Source of the DNA: an uncultured Methanosarcinaceae archaeon
GTDB taxonomy: Archaea; Halobacteriota; Methanosarcinia; Methanosarcinales; Methanosarcinaceae
Direction: 5' to 3'
DNA length: 64,000 bases
Assembly: GCA_963847185.1 (NCBI GenBank)
Contig: CAWJYV010000007.1
Location: 448,001-512,000, forward strand
The notes beneath the pieces are model-generated. The model saw nothing but the letters and a program-made list of their open reading frames with translations. It was not told the origin of the DNA and did not search any database. Below, one piece after another: positions 21,627 to 32,002 of this stretch. A program made the translations under genes and the position numbers. Each line of letters starts with the position of its first letter. Positions within the stretch are counted from its first letter, which is position 1.

Positions 21627-22163
21627 CTACTCCTGTGCTGTAAAACTTTCTTTTATTTTCGATTGGATGTACTTGCCTGTAAGAAGAACAATTATAATTA
21701 ATCCAATTATTTCTGAAATAAAAGTCTGTGTAAATGCCGGGTCATAAGATCTGTTGAAGATTATCATCAGATACTCGATAAAACTTCCGTAAATTTTGTC
21801 TCTTGGAAACTCCCAGCCTAAAAGGGGCCAGAAAAACGCTTCAGGACTATTCCACATCTGATCTTCAAGCAGATGACAAAAAGATGCCCCTGCAATGATA
21901 AGAAGTTTAGATTTCCCATTCCGGTAAAGATAGTATCCCGCCAAACCGAGCAGAGTCGCAAATAAAAGGGTATGTGCAAAGATTCGTCCACTTCCTATGG
22001 TTTCAGCAAGGATTATCCTGCCAAGAGGTTTATCTATAATATCTGGAAAAAGTGATCCTATTACAATATATGGGACAGCTCTTTGAAAGTTCTTTTTTGA
22101 ATACAAATAGTATAAGGAATAAAAAATTCCCAAAGTAATCCCAACATGCCCCAGAACAAACAT
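21627..22163 (-). CDS. membrane metal-dependent hydrolase (YdjM family)
   Basis: GH, GSLFPDIIDK, RIFAHTL, CHLLED, FFWP motifs. Confidence 0.85.
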   Translation of the reverse strand: MFVLGHVGITLGIFYSLYYLYSKKNFQRAVPYIVIGSLFPDIIDKPLGRIILAETIGSGRIFAHTLLFATLLGLAGYYLYRNGKSKLLIIAGASFCHLLEDQMWNSPEAFFWPLLGWEFPRDKIYGSFIEYLMIIFNRSYDPAFTQTFISEIIGLIIIVLLTGKYIQSKIKESFTAQE

Positions 22164-22264
22164 CAGATTAAAAATAGTTTCTTTATTTTAATTACTTTTT
22201 GGCCGGCCTGTCAGGGGGACCTGCCGGCTTAATCTTTTATTTTTATGCCAAACTGATAATATTC

Positions 22265-22969
22265 TCAGGCCTGGCATTCAGCTACAAGCTTTTCTACCAG
22301 TTCCTGGCGGATAGCAGTTCTTCTGTCTCCCCCACAGACCATACCCCGGACGCCGATAATGTCGGGTCCGATCCTTTCAAGCATTGGCAGGTCCTCAAAT
22401 TTCAGGGACCCTGCAATTGCATTTTCAAGTCCGTGTTCATGAGCAAGATCAGTGAACTTTTTAAGTGTTTTTTCATCCATGAATTCAAAGGTGGATTTTC
22501 CGTCTTTGATTGCAGTATCCACCATTACTACATCTATCCCAGCCTCTGCGGCAATTGCAGGAAGTAATAGAGGAGAAATTGAATTGATGCGTTTGTAGTC
22601 CGAATATCCTGAAGCAACAACTCTCTTTGTCGAGTCATAATCCTTTACAGCCTGTGTTACTTTCGTAAGAAAATCAAGGGCCTGTTCTTCAGTTTGGATA
22701 TCATAAAGACCCACCTTTATGTAGTCTGCTCCGGCAACTGCCGCTCCAAGGGCTGCAAGAGATGCAGTTCCTGGTTTATAATTAAAATCTCCTATAGTTG
22801 CGCTTATCGGCTGTCTGCCATTTACGGCTTCTTTCACATCTCTGATTATCCATGGGAAATTAGCCCCAAGGGAGCCTTCTTTTGGGTTTTTGACATCCAC
22901 AATGTCTGCGCCGCCTCTGGAAGCAATGATTGCTTCTTCTCTATTGATTGGACTTACAAGCAGTTTCAT
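22265..22969 (-). CDS. mfnB: (5-formylfuran-3-yl)methyl phosphate synthase (methanofuran biosynthesis)
   Basis: MKLLVSP..EEA..GGADIVDVKNPKEGSLGA, SATIGD, DYIKVGL, MVDTAIKDG, GVRG motifs. Confidence 0.93.
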   Translation of the reverse strand: MKLLVSPINREEAIIASRGGADIVDVKNPKEGSLGANFPWIIRDVKEAVNGRQPISATIGDFNYKPGTASLAALGAAVAGADYIKVGLYDIQTEEQALDFLTKVTQAVKDYDSTKRVVASGYSDYKRINSISPLLLPAIAAEAGIDVVMVDTAIKDGKSTFEFMDEKTLKKFTDLAHEHGLENAIAGSLKFEDLPMLERIGPDIIGVRGMVCGGDRRTAIRQELVEKLVAECQA

Positions 22970-23082
22970 AAAAATCCTCTAACTGAGCATGGAATTAGAA
23001 TCATTATAATGAATATTTCTCTTTTTATACAATAAATCTTATTTTATATTTTTTTATAGGATGATGCAGCTATGGAATAAGT

Positions 23083-23817
23083 ATGTTCCGAGTAGTCTTT
23101 GTAATGGATATACTTAACCGTAGCGTGGTTCTTGCAAAAGGTGGAGTAAGGGAAAAATACCGTCCGGTTTCTGATTCAAGTGTTGTATGCAGTAACTCGA
23201 ACCCTCTGGATATAGTTGAGGCTTTGCGACCCAGGGAGGTCTATATCGCCGACCTTAACGCTCTCCAGGGCAAGAGGCCTCGTGATACAAATGCCGAAAC
23301 TATCCGCGAAGTCAGTCTAAGGGCAGACACAATGCTTGATTTTGGAGTCTCATCTCCAGAAGAAATAGACAAGGCTCTTTCCATATCAAAGACCGCAATT
23401 GTGGGTACGGAAACAGGCTCTTTTTCAGTGATCAAAGATGCAGCTTTCCGGCACCCTGGCCTTATCAGTGTTAGTATCGATATGAAGCATGGAAAAATCC
23501 TTAAAAAGGATCCTGAAATACCTGAGAGCCCTTTTGAAATCGTAAAATTACTAAACGATCTTCCTCTCAAAGACCTAATTTTCCTTGACCTTGACAGAGT
23601 TGGAACTGCTTCTGGCTTTGATCCTGAATTCCTTCTCAAACTGGTTGAATGTTCCAAGCACAGTGTCCTGCTTGCAGGAGGGGTTCGAAATATGGAAGAC
23701 CTCTTCATTCTCAAAAGACTCGGGATAGAAGGAGCCCTTGTTGCAACTGCAGTTCATTCAGGCCTTGTTTCTCCGGAAGTTCTGAATTCAGGGCTCAAAT
23801 CAGATGGTAAGCAATAA
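23083..23817 (+). CDS. HisA/HisF-related TIM-barrel protein (C1-cofactor linked)
   Basis: VMDI..VVLAKGG.REKYRP, YIADL, LDLDRVGT..G, AGGVR, ALVATAVH; divergent from mfnB. Confidence 0.85.
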   Translation: MFRVVFVMDILNRSVVLAKGGVREKYRPVSDSSVVCSNSNPLDIVEALRPREVYIADLNALQGKRPRDTNAETIREVSLRADTMLDFGVSSPEEIDKALSISKTAIVGTETGSFSVIKDAAFRHPGLISVSIDMKHGKILKKDPEIPESPFEIVKLLNDLPLKDLIFLDLDRVGTASGFDPEFLLKLVECSKHSVLLAGGVRNMEDLFILKRLGIEGALVATAVHSGLVSPEVLNSGLKSDGKQ

Positions 23818-23950
23818 TTCCTACACGTCTGATCATATATCGCAGGAAGGTTTTTACCCTTCCTCATGAGTTTGTATATAGTCTATTGAGTATCGTTATA
23901 TTCAAAAAATGGGTTTTATATAAATACCAAAATATTTCGAGGTTTATATC

Positions 23951-24211
23951 ATGGTAAAGAACAATACTTCTGAAGAAAATGTTGAGGAAACTGCTGAGAT
24001 GAAAAGTGGAGACGGGTACGTAGAAATCAAAATGGGGGGAGGCTGGTACATGACTATTTCCTTAGCTCACAGTGACCGTTACGAAAAAGAGTATGTCGAG
24101 CTTGCAAAAGAGCGCGGAGGAGTAAAGAAATCCAGGTTCAACCTTAACCCTTCACACGTTAGAATGCTCGGGGAAGCCCTTCTTAAATTTGCGGATGATA
24201 ATTCGCTCTAA
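23951..24211 (+). CDS. small conserved hypothetical protein, possibly PC4/whirly-like fold
   Basis: GAGGT SD and TTTATATA box upstream; predicted beta-beta-beta-beta-alpha pattern. Confidence 0.65.
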   Translation: MVKNNTSEENVEETAEMKSGDGYVEIKMGGGWYMTISLAHSDRYEKEYVELAKERGGVKKSRFNLNPSHVRMLGEALLKFADDNSL

Positions 24212-24295
24212 CAGGATCTTTCCCTTTTTCCTTTTTCGAGGTTCAATTTACAGGCTGATTTTTTTCTTTTTTATCTTTGATTTCTCTTTACTAAT

Positions 24296-24922
24296 TCAGT
24301 TTGTGCGGAGTAATTCGAGAACTTTTTCTGTTACTTCTTTTTCCAGGCTTTCGGGGGGCTGAGAGGCATCAACTATGATAAAACGCTCAGTATCTTCTTC
24401 TGCGAGTTTCAGGAAGAGCTCTCTTACACTTTGCAAAAATTCTATTTTTTCAAACTTGCTATGATCTCCCCGCTTCCCACAGCGTTCAACTGAAATTTCG
24501 GGCCTGATATCAAAAAGAAATGTCATGTCTGGAATAACAGTCCAGCCTCTATGCAGATTTTTTACCCATTCAAGCGGATTTTCCAGGCGGTTCTTCAGGG
24601 TTACTCCCTGGTAAGCATAACGGCTGTCAGAATAGCGGTCAGAAATCACTGAGTTTCCACTTTCCAGCGTGGGTTTTACAAGCTTTGCCAGATGTTCGGC
24701 ATGGTCAGCCGTAAAAAGGAAGAGCTCGGCAAGCTGGTCAGTATCCGACTGTATGGCCTTTTCCACAGCAATTCCAGTGAGCGTACCTCTTGTCGGCTCC
24801 CTGGTAAATACAGGCTTAAATGTTTTTATTTCCGGGTTGTCCTGAAGTTTCTTTGCAACCGTACTTTTACCTGAACCGTCAATACCTTCAAGTGTAATCA
24901 GTTTGCCTCTCATAATGACCAT
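24296..24922 (-). CDS. tmk: thymidylate kinase
   Basis: ITLEGIDGSGKST P-loop, TREPT, ISDRYSDS..AYQG. Confidence 0.95.
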   Translation of the reverse strand: MVIMRGKLITLEGIDGSGKSTVAKKLQDNPEIKTFKPVFTREPTRGTLTGIAVEKAIQSDTDQLAELFLFTADHAEHLAKLVKPTLESGNSVISDRYSDSRYAYQGVTLKNRLENPLEWVKNLHRGWTVIPDMTFLFDIRPEISVERCGKRGDHSKFEKIEFLQSVRELFLKLAEEDTERFIIVDASQPPESLEKEVTEKVLELLRTN

Positions 24923-25065
24923 CTTTTTTCTTTAAATATTTTTATTGAAATGTATTATGTGTATTTATACTCTCCAGAGGAATCCCTATTTGGTGGTGAT
25001 TCAGGATAGGAATTCCCGGATAAAATAAGCATCTATTTATGCAATATTAAAAATAGCTTAAAGTA

Positions 25066-25728
25066 ATGACTGTAATAGGAGTAATCACACGAGGTAAATA
25101 CGGGCACCGTTTGATTGAGACCATCAAGGAACACAGCGATTTTTCAGTCGTCACTGCTGACCTTCCTGAGTTCGTGCCCGTTTTCATTGAAGAACCTGAT
25201 GAATTTCTGGAAAATCTGGATTTCGACCGCCGTGTTTTTTCTGCCGAAATTATAATTACTTACTCCCTGCATCCTGACCTGACATTTTCAATTGCGAAGC
25301 TTGCTGCAGAAGCCGGTGTACGCTCCCTCATTATTCCAGGAGGGCCGTCCAAAGCTTCAATCCCTGATCTAAAAAAGATTTCTGAAACTTCGGGCATGGA
25401 CATCGAGGTTGATGAGATTTGCTGCACCCTTGAACCCAACGCCTTCAACAAACCATTCGCAGATCTGTTTGGATCTCCTATCCTGAAAGTAAAAACGAAA
25501 GATGGAAATATTTCAGAAGTTGAAGTTCTAAAAGGAGCTCCTTGCGGAAGTACCTGGCATATGGCAAAAGAAATTGTTGGAACTTCTGTCAAAGACGCCC
25601 CTCCAAAGGCAGGTCTATTGATCCAGCATTATCCCTGCAGGGCGTCGCGTGGTGATCTTGGAGGGATACATGAATCAGGGGAATTGCATAAGCAAGCATT
25701 TATTAAAGCTCTTGAGAGTAAGGATTGA
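25066..25728 (+). CDS. DUF166 family protein
   Basis: LHPDL, ICC.L, GAPCGSTW, HYPCRA motifs. Confidence 0.8.
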   Translation: MTVIGVITRGKYGHRLIETIKEHSDFSVVTADLPEFVPVFIEEPDEFLENLDFDRRVFSAEIIITYSLHPDLTFSIAKLAAEAGVRSLIIPGGPSKASIPDLKKISETSGMDIEVDEICCTLEPNAFNKPFADLFGSPILKVKTKDGNISEVEVLKGAPCGSTWHMAKEIVGTSVKDAPPKAGLLIQHYPCRASRGDLGGIHESGELHKQAFIKALESKD

Positions 25729-25848
25729 TTATATATTGTTTGAAAAAACATATTCTTAATATGCAGGAAAGTAAGAGTCAGTTTTTAATTCTAATAATCT
25801 CTGGCTTTTTACCTATGCTGGCGACCATTAATCTATGGGGGTGAAAAC

Positions 25849-26232
25849 ATTATTTCCCTAACTATATCTGAAGACTCAGGTTCTGAAGATCTTGAGGCAA
25901 TAGCAGTTGCAGTGCATTCGCTGGTTGGGCTTCCCACAACTATTCGTAGTCTCAAAAGAAAAGGACTTCGTCTTGAAAAAGGGGAAGTTCTCGACAGAGA
26001 CTACACAGGGCCTGTACTGGAAGAAGTACTAAAAACCAATAAAGTTGTTCATGAAGTTCCCATAGAAGGCGTATATAAGGGAAAACATGTAGTTGTTACT
26101 CCCATTCGTTCAAAGGACGGAAAAGTTATTGCAGCTCTTGGAATTGTGGACCTGCTAACAACCATTGATCTTCCTTCAGTTTTTAAGGAATATACTTCCG
26201 TGCTGGAAGAAGTCGAAGATGCAAAGAAATAA
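25849..26232 (+). CDS. stand-alone DUF2111 domain protein
   Basis: AVHSLVGLPTTIRS..GLRLEKG.VLDRDYTGPVLEEVL..G.Y.G..V.V.PI..VIAALGIVD; homology extends upstream of the GTG at 25912 to ATT at 25849. Confidence 0.85.
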   Translation: MISLTISEDSGSEDLEAIAVAVHSLVGLPTTIRSLKRKGLRLEKGEVLDRDYTGPVLEEVLKTNKVVHEVPIEGVYKGKHVVVTPIRSKDGKVIAALGIVDLLTTIDLPSVFKEYTSVLEEVEDAKK

Positions 26233-26382
26233 AATTGACGATTTAGTGTTTAGTCCTGTTCAGTCCTTTGAGGACGAGTTAAAAAGAGTCCATAATTGGA
26301 GGTTTTGTCCCCATTCTTTTTCTGGGTCTTTTTCTATGCTCCTCCAATCAGGGTTCTGCTTCAAAATCCAGTGTTTTTAGCT

Positions 26383-27213
26383 TTATTCTGGTTTTTCGTA
26401 TAATCTGGTTTTCTTCAGCAGGGTTCCGTTCTTTGCATGGGGCTGCCTGAATACTGTGTCATTTGATTTTTCGATTTCTCTTGCTTGAGCTGCAAGCAGG
26501 GCAGCTGCTCCCATTATTTCATGTCCTGCTGCAGCTGTAAGGCAAACCTGATCGATTTCCTTCAACATGAAACAGGCAGGGAAGTTAACCTGTGCTACTT
26601 TCTCAGCCATGTGAAGGGCAGCAAGAGCCTTTGCCTTTGCGTAGGGGTTTGCAAAACCTCCATGTTCAACACACTTCTCTGGCTTAGCAAAAATGTGTGG
26701 AAGTTCAAGGTCTTTGCCTGACTTTCCGGATGCGATCTGCTGGGTTACTTTGTCCAGCTCTTCCTGGATAAGCCTTACAACGCCGCAGACAGAGAGTACT
26801 TTCATTGCATCAGAGTTGAAAGATGCCATCTCCACGGGATCCAGAAACTCTCTCTTTGCTCCTATGAGGGGGTCTACGGGGAGGATAATATATCCGAAAC
26901 CTTCCTGCTCGAACGCCTCTCTAGCTTCTTTCTTTGTCGGACCGTCAGAGACGATAATGCAGGGTACGTCTTTCCATACTTCACGGGCTGCAGTCGGACC
27001 TGGGGCTGCTGCGTTCGGGCTGATGATCACAACAAAGTCTGCGTTCCACTGCTTGAAACTTTCAGTATCTGCGGCATCAGCAGGGCCCATCTTAGCACCT
27101 GTGCCAAATACCCGTACTGTGATTCCTTCGCGTGCTGCAATTTCATCTTGAATCAGATTGATAACCTGGCTCATTCCCAGGTTGCCCATTTTTATGAATC
27201 CTATGTTGACCAT
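26383..27213 (-). CDS. mtd: F420-dependent methylene-tetrahydromethanopterin dehydrogenase
   Basis: IGFIKMGNLG, DEIAARE, GTGAKM, ISPNAAAPGP, DPLIGAKREFLDPVEMA, NPYAKAKA motifs. Confidence 0.97.
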   Translation of the reverse strand: MVNIGFIKMGNLGMSQVINLIQDEIAAREGITVRVFGTGAKMGPADAADTESFKQWNADFVVIISPNAAAPGPTAAREVWKDVPCIIVSDGPTKKEAREAFEQEGFGYIILPVDPLIGAKREFLDPVEMASFNSDAMKVLSVCGVVRLIQEELDKVTQQIASGKSGKDLELPHIFAKPEKCVEHGGFANPYAKAKALAALHMAEKVAQVNFPACFMLKEIDQVCLTAAAGHEIMGAAALLAAQAREIEKSNDTVFRQPHAKNGTLLKKTRLYEKPE

Positions 27214-27248
27214 TTTTCTCAAAATCCTATGTTGACCTTTTTCTTCAA
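27197..27248. repeat. 26-bp tandem duplication spanning the mtd start codon
   Basis: aatcctatgttgaccatttttctcaa followed by aatcctatgttgacctttttcttcaa. Confidence 0.8.
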
Positions 27249-27617
27249 TAGTGGAAATTCCTGAGGGGTTTATAATTCTTTTGGCAATACTACTTCCATA
27301 TCACAGATATTTTATAAATATATACTTTATTTATAATTATTATTCAGTATCTTCTCCTCCTCTCCGAAAAGCTTAAAAGGGATGTGATTTATTTCACTCA
27401 AAAACGTTGACATCAATGCTGTTGTTTTGTGGTTTTGTTTTGCAGAACCCGTATCATAATTTGAAAACATATATCCTTTGGTGGGCTTTTAATGTCAGGG
27501 CAAGTATATTTTACCAGGTTGCGGGGGTACCCCTGAAAAAGGTACACCGGGCAGCATGCCCTTTTTCGGGAACTATCCCGCTATATCTATAGTTATTCAG
27601 GTCCAGGTTTTGATTGA

Positions 27618-28331
27618 GTGAACTGTCCTATGCATAATTCTACTAAAAATACTGAGAATAAAATGATTGTTTTTGATATGGATAGTACCCTTATAGACGC
27701 TGAGACTATCGATGAGCTCGCCAGGGCTGCAGGTGTTGTAAGTAAAGTAGAAGAGATTACGAAGAAAGCGATGTGTGGAGATCTTGATTTCGAGCAGGCG
27801 CTTGTAGAAAGGGTTAAGCTTCTTAAAGGGCTTCCTCTTGAAGCTGCCCTTGATGCGGTAAATCAAATCAACCTTATGCCGGGAGCAGAAGAGCTTATTC
27901 TCTACGTTAAAAAGAAGGGTTATAAAACTGCAATGATCTCCGGTGGATTTACTATTTCTGCCGAACCGGTAGGTAAAGCGCTTGGTATTGATTTTGTCGT
28001 TTCCAATGAACTGCTTGTGAAAGACGGCTTCCTTACGGGAAAAGTTGTCGGCTCCATCACACAAAGTGACTCCAAAGCCGAGGTTTTTGAGGAACTAACA
28101 CGGCTTAATGGGATCCGTCCAGAGCGATGTGTAGTTATCGGGGACGGCGCAAATGACGCCTGTATCTTTGAGAGGGCAGGTTTCGCCATAGCTTTCAATC
28201 CCAAGCCTATCCTGAGGGAATATGCGGATGTGGTCATAAATAAAAAAGATCTTAAAGCCGTTATCCCTGTTCTTGAATCCCTTTCTTATCAATGTCGTAA
28301 TCAGGCACAGCATGTCGACATCGAACATTAG
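27618..28331 (+). CDS. serB: phosphoserine phosphatase (HAD family)
   Basis: VFDMDSTLIDAETIDELA, ISGGF, GDGAND, AFNPKP. Confidence 0.93.
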   Translation: MNCPMHNSTKNTENKMIVFDMDSTLIDAETIDELARAAGVVSKVEEITKKAMCGDLDFEQALVERVKLLKGLPLEAALDAVNQINLMPGAEELILYVKKKGYKTAMISGGFTISAEPVGKALGIDFVVSNELLVKDGFLTGKVVGSITQSDSKAEVFEELTRLNGIRPERCVVIGDGANDACIFERAGFAIAFNPKPILREYADVVINKKDLKAVIPVLESLSYQCRNQAQHVDIEH

Positions 28332-28380
28332 ACCTACTAAAATGCCAGCTCTTTTGCTGGACCGGGAGGCACAATAAGAG

Positions 28381-29238
28381 ATGCTAAAGGAATTGCAGAA
28401 AAAAAGAACCGATTTGAAGAATATTGCTGAAGAATCCAAGGACAAAAGAAACGCTTTAAATGCAGAGGCCAGTACTCTTGCCGCAAAGCGTAACGACCTT
28501 AACAAGAAGACAAAAGATCTTATCAACGAGGCTCAGGAATTAAAAGTCCTTAGAGACGAGGTCAATGAGAAAGTCAGCGATTGCAAGAATAAGCGCGATG
28601 ACACAAACTCCAGGGCAAATGAACTTTTTGCAAAGGCAGACTCCATCAGAAAACAAAACAATCTTGGTGGACCTTCTATCAAAGCCCTGAGGAAAGATAT
28701 CGACCGTCTTGAATTCGCCCAGCAAACCGAGGTTCTGAGCACAAGCAAGGAAAGAGAGCTCGTCGGCAAGATTACTCAGCTTCAGAAGCAGTATCATATC
28801 AAAAAAGTCCAGCTTGAGGACAACCTTGAACTGAAGAATATTCTGGACGAAGCTCAGCAAATTAGGGACGAAGCCTCAGTATTCCACAACGAGATGGCAG
28901 AGTATGCCAGACAGGCTCAGGAATATCATGAGAAGATGATTACCGCTTTCAAGGAAGCTGACAGAACCAGGGCAGAATCTGACATTGCCCACAGGGAATT
29001 TGTAAAAGCCCAGGAAGCAGCTGACGAGCAGCATAAGGTTTTCATCAATGCCCAGAAAGAAATCCGGGACCTTGATAAAGAGATCTTTAAGCTTAAGAAG
29101 AAAGACAAAGATGGAAAGTCTCGTGTTGTCAAGTCCGAACTTCAGAAAGATGCCAAGTCTATCTTCGAGAAGTTCAAGGGCGGAGCAAAACTCACTACCG
29201 AAGACCTGATGACTCTTCAGAGATCTGGATTAGTCTGA
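28381..29238 (+). CDS. archaeal coiled-coil protein (COG1340-like)
   Basis: Heptad-rich; LEFAQQTEVLS..KERELV and C-terminal FKGGAKLTTEDLMTLQ. Confidence 0.85.
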   Translation: MLKELQKKRTDLKNIAEESKDKRNALNAEASTLAAKRNDLNKKTKDLINEAQELKVLRDEVNEKVSDCKNKRDDTNSRANELFAKADSIRKQNNLGGPSIKALRKDIDRLEFAQQTEVLSTSKERELVGKITQLQKQYHIKKVQLEDNLELKNILDEAQQIRDEASVFHNEMAEYARQAQEYHEKMITAFKEADRTRAESDIAHREFVKAQEAADEQHKVFINAQKEIRDLDKEIFKLKKKDKDGKSRVVKSELQKDAKSIFEKFKGGAKLTTEDLMTLQRSGLV

Positions 29239-29513
29239 TTCCTCTAACAAAACAGGAGTTTACATTGCTGAAATTTTTTCAGTGCGGGTACACGTTACTC
29301 GCATCCTATTTTTCTTTTTGATTTATCCGGTATTTTCGGCTTTAAAATTTCCACTTTCAGTTTAATTTACTGTTTCTTTATACACAGTTTAAGAGCTTTC
29401 ATAGTGTCCGCTTCTTTTTTTAAATCCATTAAAAGGAGAATCTGGAATAAGAAAGGATTTGGAATAGAAAGATGATTTGAAATAAAGGGAGAGTTTTGAA
29501 CTTGTGTTGTGGT

Positions 29514-30653
29514 TTACTCAAGGACCTTCAGATACTTTTCCCTGAACTCCGGGTTCCTCATAAGGCAGCATTTTGCGTTGTATATGGTTTCCTCTCTGAT
29601 TTTTTTCCAGACATCCCTTACTTTATCTCTATGTACATTCCCATATGGAATAGGGATGCATGCACAGGGGAGGATATTCCCTTCAGGGGTGATATGTAGC
29701 CACTTACGGCCTGCCATACAGCCTGTAGCTTTCATAACCAGCGGGATAGGAAAAACTCTGGGCCCTTCTTTTCCCCTGACCTGGGATACGAAATTTTCAA
29801 ATTTTCTCATGTCTTTTGGGGTCATGATCTCGGAAGCATGTTCCATCCACCTGCCTGTAGGAACTATCTCGTAGAAAGATAGTTCGTTGACCCCAAGATC
29901 TGCTGCAAGAGCAAATAGTTCTTCAAGCTCGTCTACATTGTCTCTGGAAAGCACCACATAGATATTTACAAGCAGCCCTGCTTTAAGTCCGTTTTTGACC
30001 GCTTCTACTGCACTCTTAAAAACTCCTCTCCTGCCTCTTACATAATCATGCTTCTCTTCATGCGCGCTGTCAAAACTGACAGTCAAAGAATACAGTCCTG
30101 CTTCTTTCAGGTGAATTGCCCGCTCTTCAGTAAGTCCTACGCCAGAGGTGAACATGCCAGCAATGGCTTTTTCTGGGTCCACATATCTTATCAGATCTTC
30201 TAATCCAGAATAGGTCAGGGGTTCTCCTCCATCAAAAATTATAAAGGTCGCCCCCATTTCGAGAACCTGATCAATTGTAGATTTAACGACTTCCGGCGCA
30301 AGTCTTACCCGGTTTTTCGTGTCAGGGAGAGCACAGTGAATACAGTTATTCGGACATTCTTCAGTGATGGAGATTGTAACCTGATCTGGAACCATCCTCC
30401 CCAGAAAAGAGAGAAACTGGCTTTTAATCAGGCGGTCAAAACCTGAACTTGGAACTGGAGGCATCCAGGTTGAACAGATAAGCCTGTCTTCTTCTATTTT
30501 TGCAGGCTTTTCACCTTCAAAGATTGAGAGGTTTTTCGCAAGATTTTTCCTCAGGAGGATAGACGCAGCCCCGCTGGTTTTCATCCTCATATGTCCTTCT
30601 TCTATTTCTGCATAAACTCTGAGAAGGGGGGTTTTATAAAAATCGTACTGCAT
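29514..30653 (-). CDS. radical SAM protein with SPASM/twitch domain
   Basis: ITEECPNNCIHC, DGGEP, GCMAG..ITPEGNILPC..GNV..CC. Confidence 0.9.
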   Translation of the reverse strand: MQYDFYKTPLLRVYAEIEEGHMRMKTSGAASILLRKNLAKNLSIFEGEKPAKIEEDRLICSTWMPPVPSSGFDRLIKSQFLSFLGRMVPDQVTISITEECPNNCIHCALPDTKNRVRLAPEVVKSTIDQVLEMGATFIIFDGGEPLTYSGLEDLIRYVDPEKAIAGMFTSGVGLTEERAIHLKEAGLYSLTVSFDSAHEEKHDYVRGRRGVFKSAVEAVKNGLKAGLLVNIYVVLSRDNVDELEELFALAADLGVNELSFYEIVPTGRWMEHASEIMTPKDMRKFENFVSQVRGKEGPRVFPIPLVMKATGCMAGRKWLHITPEGNILPCACIPIPYGNVHRDKVRDVWKKIREETIYNAKCCLMRNPEFREKYLKVLE

Positions 30654-30828
30654 ATTCTTTCCTGCACCAGTTTGATGCTGATGTTTGATCAATGTTTAAT
30701 GCTGAGGTTTATGATTTTTGAGTCTGAGATTTGTCTTATATTTGACATTGCTGTTCCTTTCTCAGCTCTTTTTTCTCAGTTTTTTGATTCGTTGTTTTTG
30801 ATTCATTATAATTGTTTCAAGTTCAGAT

Positions 30829-31987
30829 TCATTTATTCCTGAGAAATGCTCTGTACTTCAATATCGCAGAGGGTTTTTTCCTCAGTATAAATGCAAAGAC
30901 TTGCATTGCCTGCTCAATTGAACTTCCATGAATAAATGAGAGGTCTTCTTTCTCAAACACCGCCGCCATTTCGTCAATTTCGCGGTCTGTCATTTTTCTA
31001 AGCGTCTCAAGTCCTATGCGGCCTATGTAGTGTTCTGCCTTAAACTCCTTTTCCCAGCTCTTCCTATACTCTAAGAGAGCACTTTTTGAAACGTCTTCCT
31101 TTTTTACGGCATCTGCGGCTATATCTCCGCATATCTGGCCTGCTCTCATAGCATATCCTATTCCAGACTGCCCTGCTGCTCCTCCTACGATCATGACTCC
31201 ATCGGTTATGTACTCATTGGGGATTGTCACTATAGGGTCTCCGCCTGAAAGTTTCCGTACAACTTCAATTTCTTCTAGCCCTTTTAGCTTCTTGAACCTT
31301 TCAATCCAGGCGTTCAGGTAAGGTGTCGCATCTCTTCCGCATCTGCGCACATAGGCCCCGATTGCAGCATTATCTCCTCCTCTTGGGGCGTATGTAGTCT
31401 TCCATCCTGGGGCATGGTTTCCTACATAGTATTCAAACATTTTTGACTTTCCAAGGTCAGGAGCCCTGATGTCCAGTTCAACTCCCCAGGCAATATCTTC
31501 CGGGTGTTTCATTGTTTTTAGTCCCATAAGGGAAGCCATTTTTGAATTAATACCATCGGCGATTATAACGAGTTCTGACTTGAAATTCCCGGCAGACGTA
31601 TGGACAGTAAAATCTTTTCCCCTTTTTGAGGATATTATGAACTTCTGTTCCTGTTTGAATATTCACGCCGACTTTCTCTATTTTTTCTGCATAAAAACGG
31701 TCAAACTTTGTCTTGTCAATAGCGTATCCAGGTGTTTCAACTTCTACTATCCTTCCAGATGGAGAAATAATTTGCATACCTTTGAGATAATGCACCACAT
31801 ACGAGGGGTCTACTGTCTCTCCGCATTTATCGAGCATGCCCTTAAAAAAAGAATTTGCGGGATGGGGAGGATTTCCGATCTCTTTTTTTCTTTCCAGCAA
31901 AAGGACCGTAGAGCCTTTTTCACAGGCATTTCTCGCAGCCATCAGCCCTGCAGGAGATGCTCCGATTACAATAATATCTGCGTCCAT
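30829..31987 (-). pseudogene. geranylgeranyl reductase family flavoprotein, split by a +1 frameshift near 31620
   Basis: IIVIGASPAGL..LLERK; removing one base from AAAAAGGGGAAAAG restores KDFTVHTSAGNFKSELVIIADGINSKMA into ORF 30829..31539 (VGGAAGQSGIGYAM). Confidence 0.85.
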
Positions 31988-32002
31988 TTTTCTCTACCTT
32001 TT

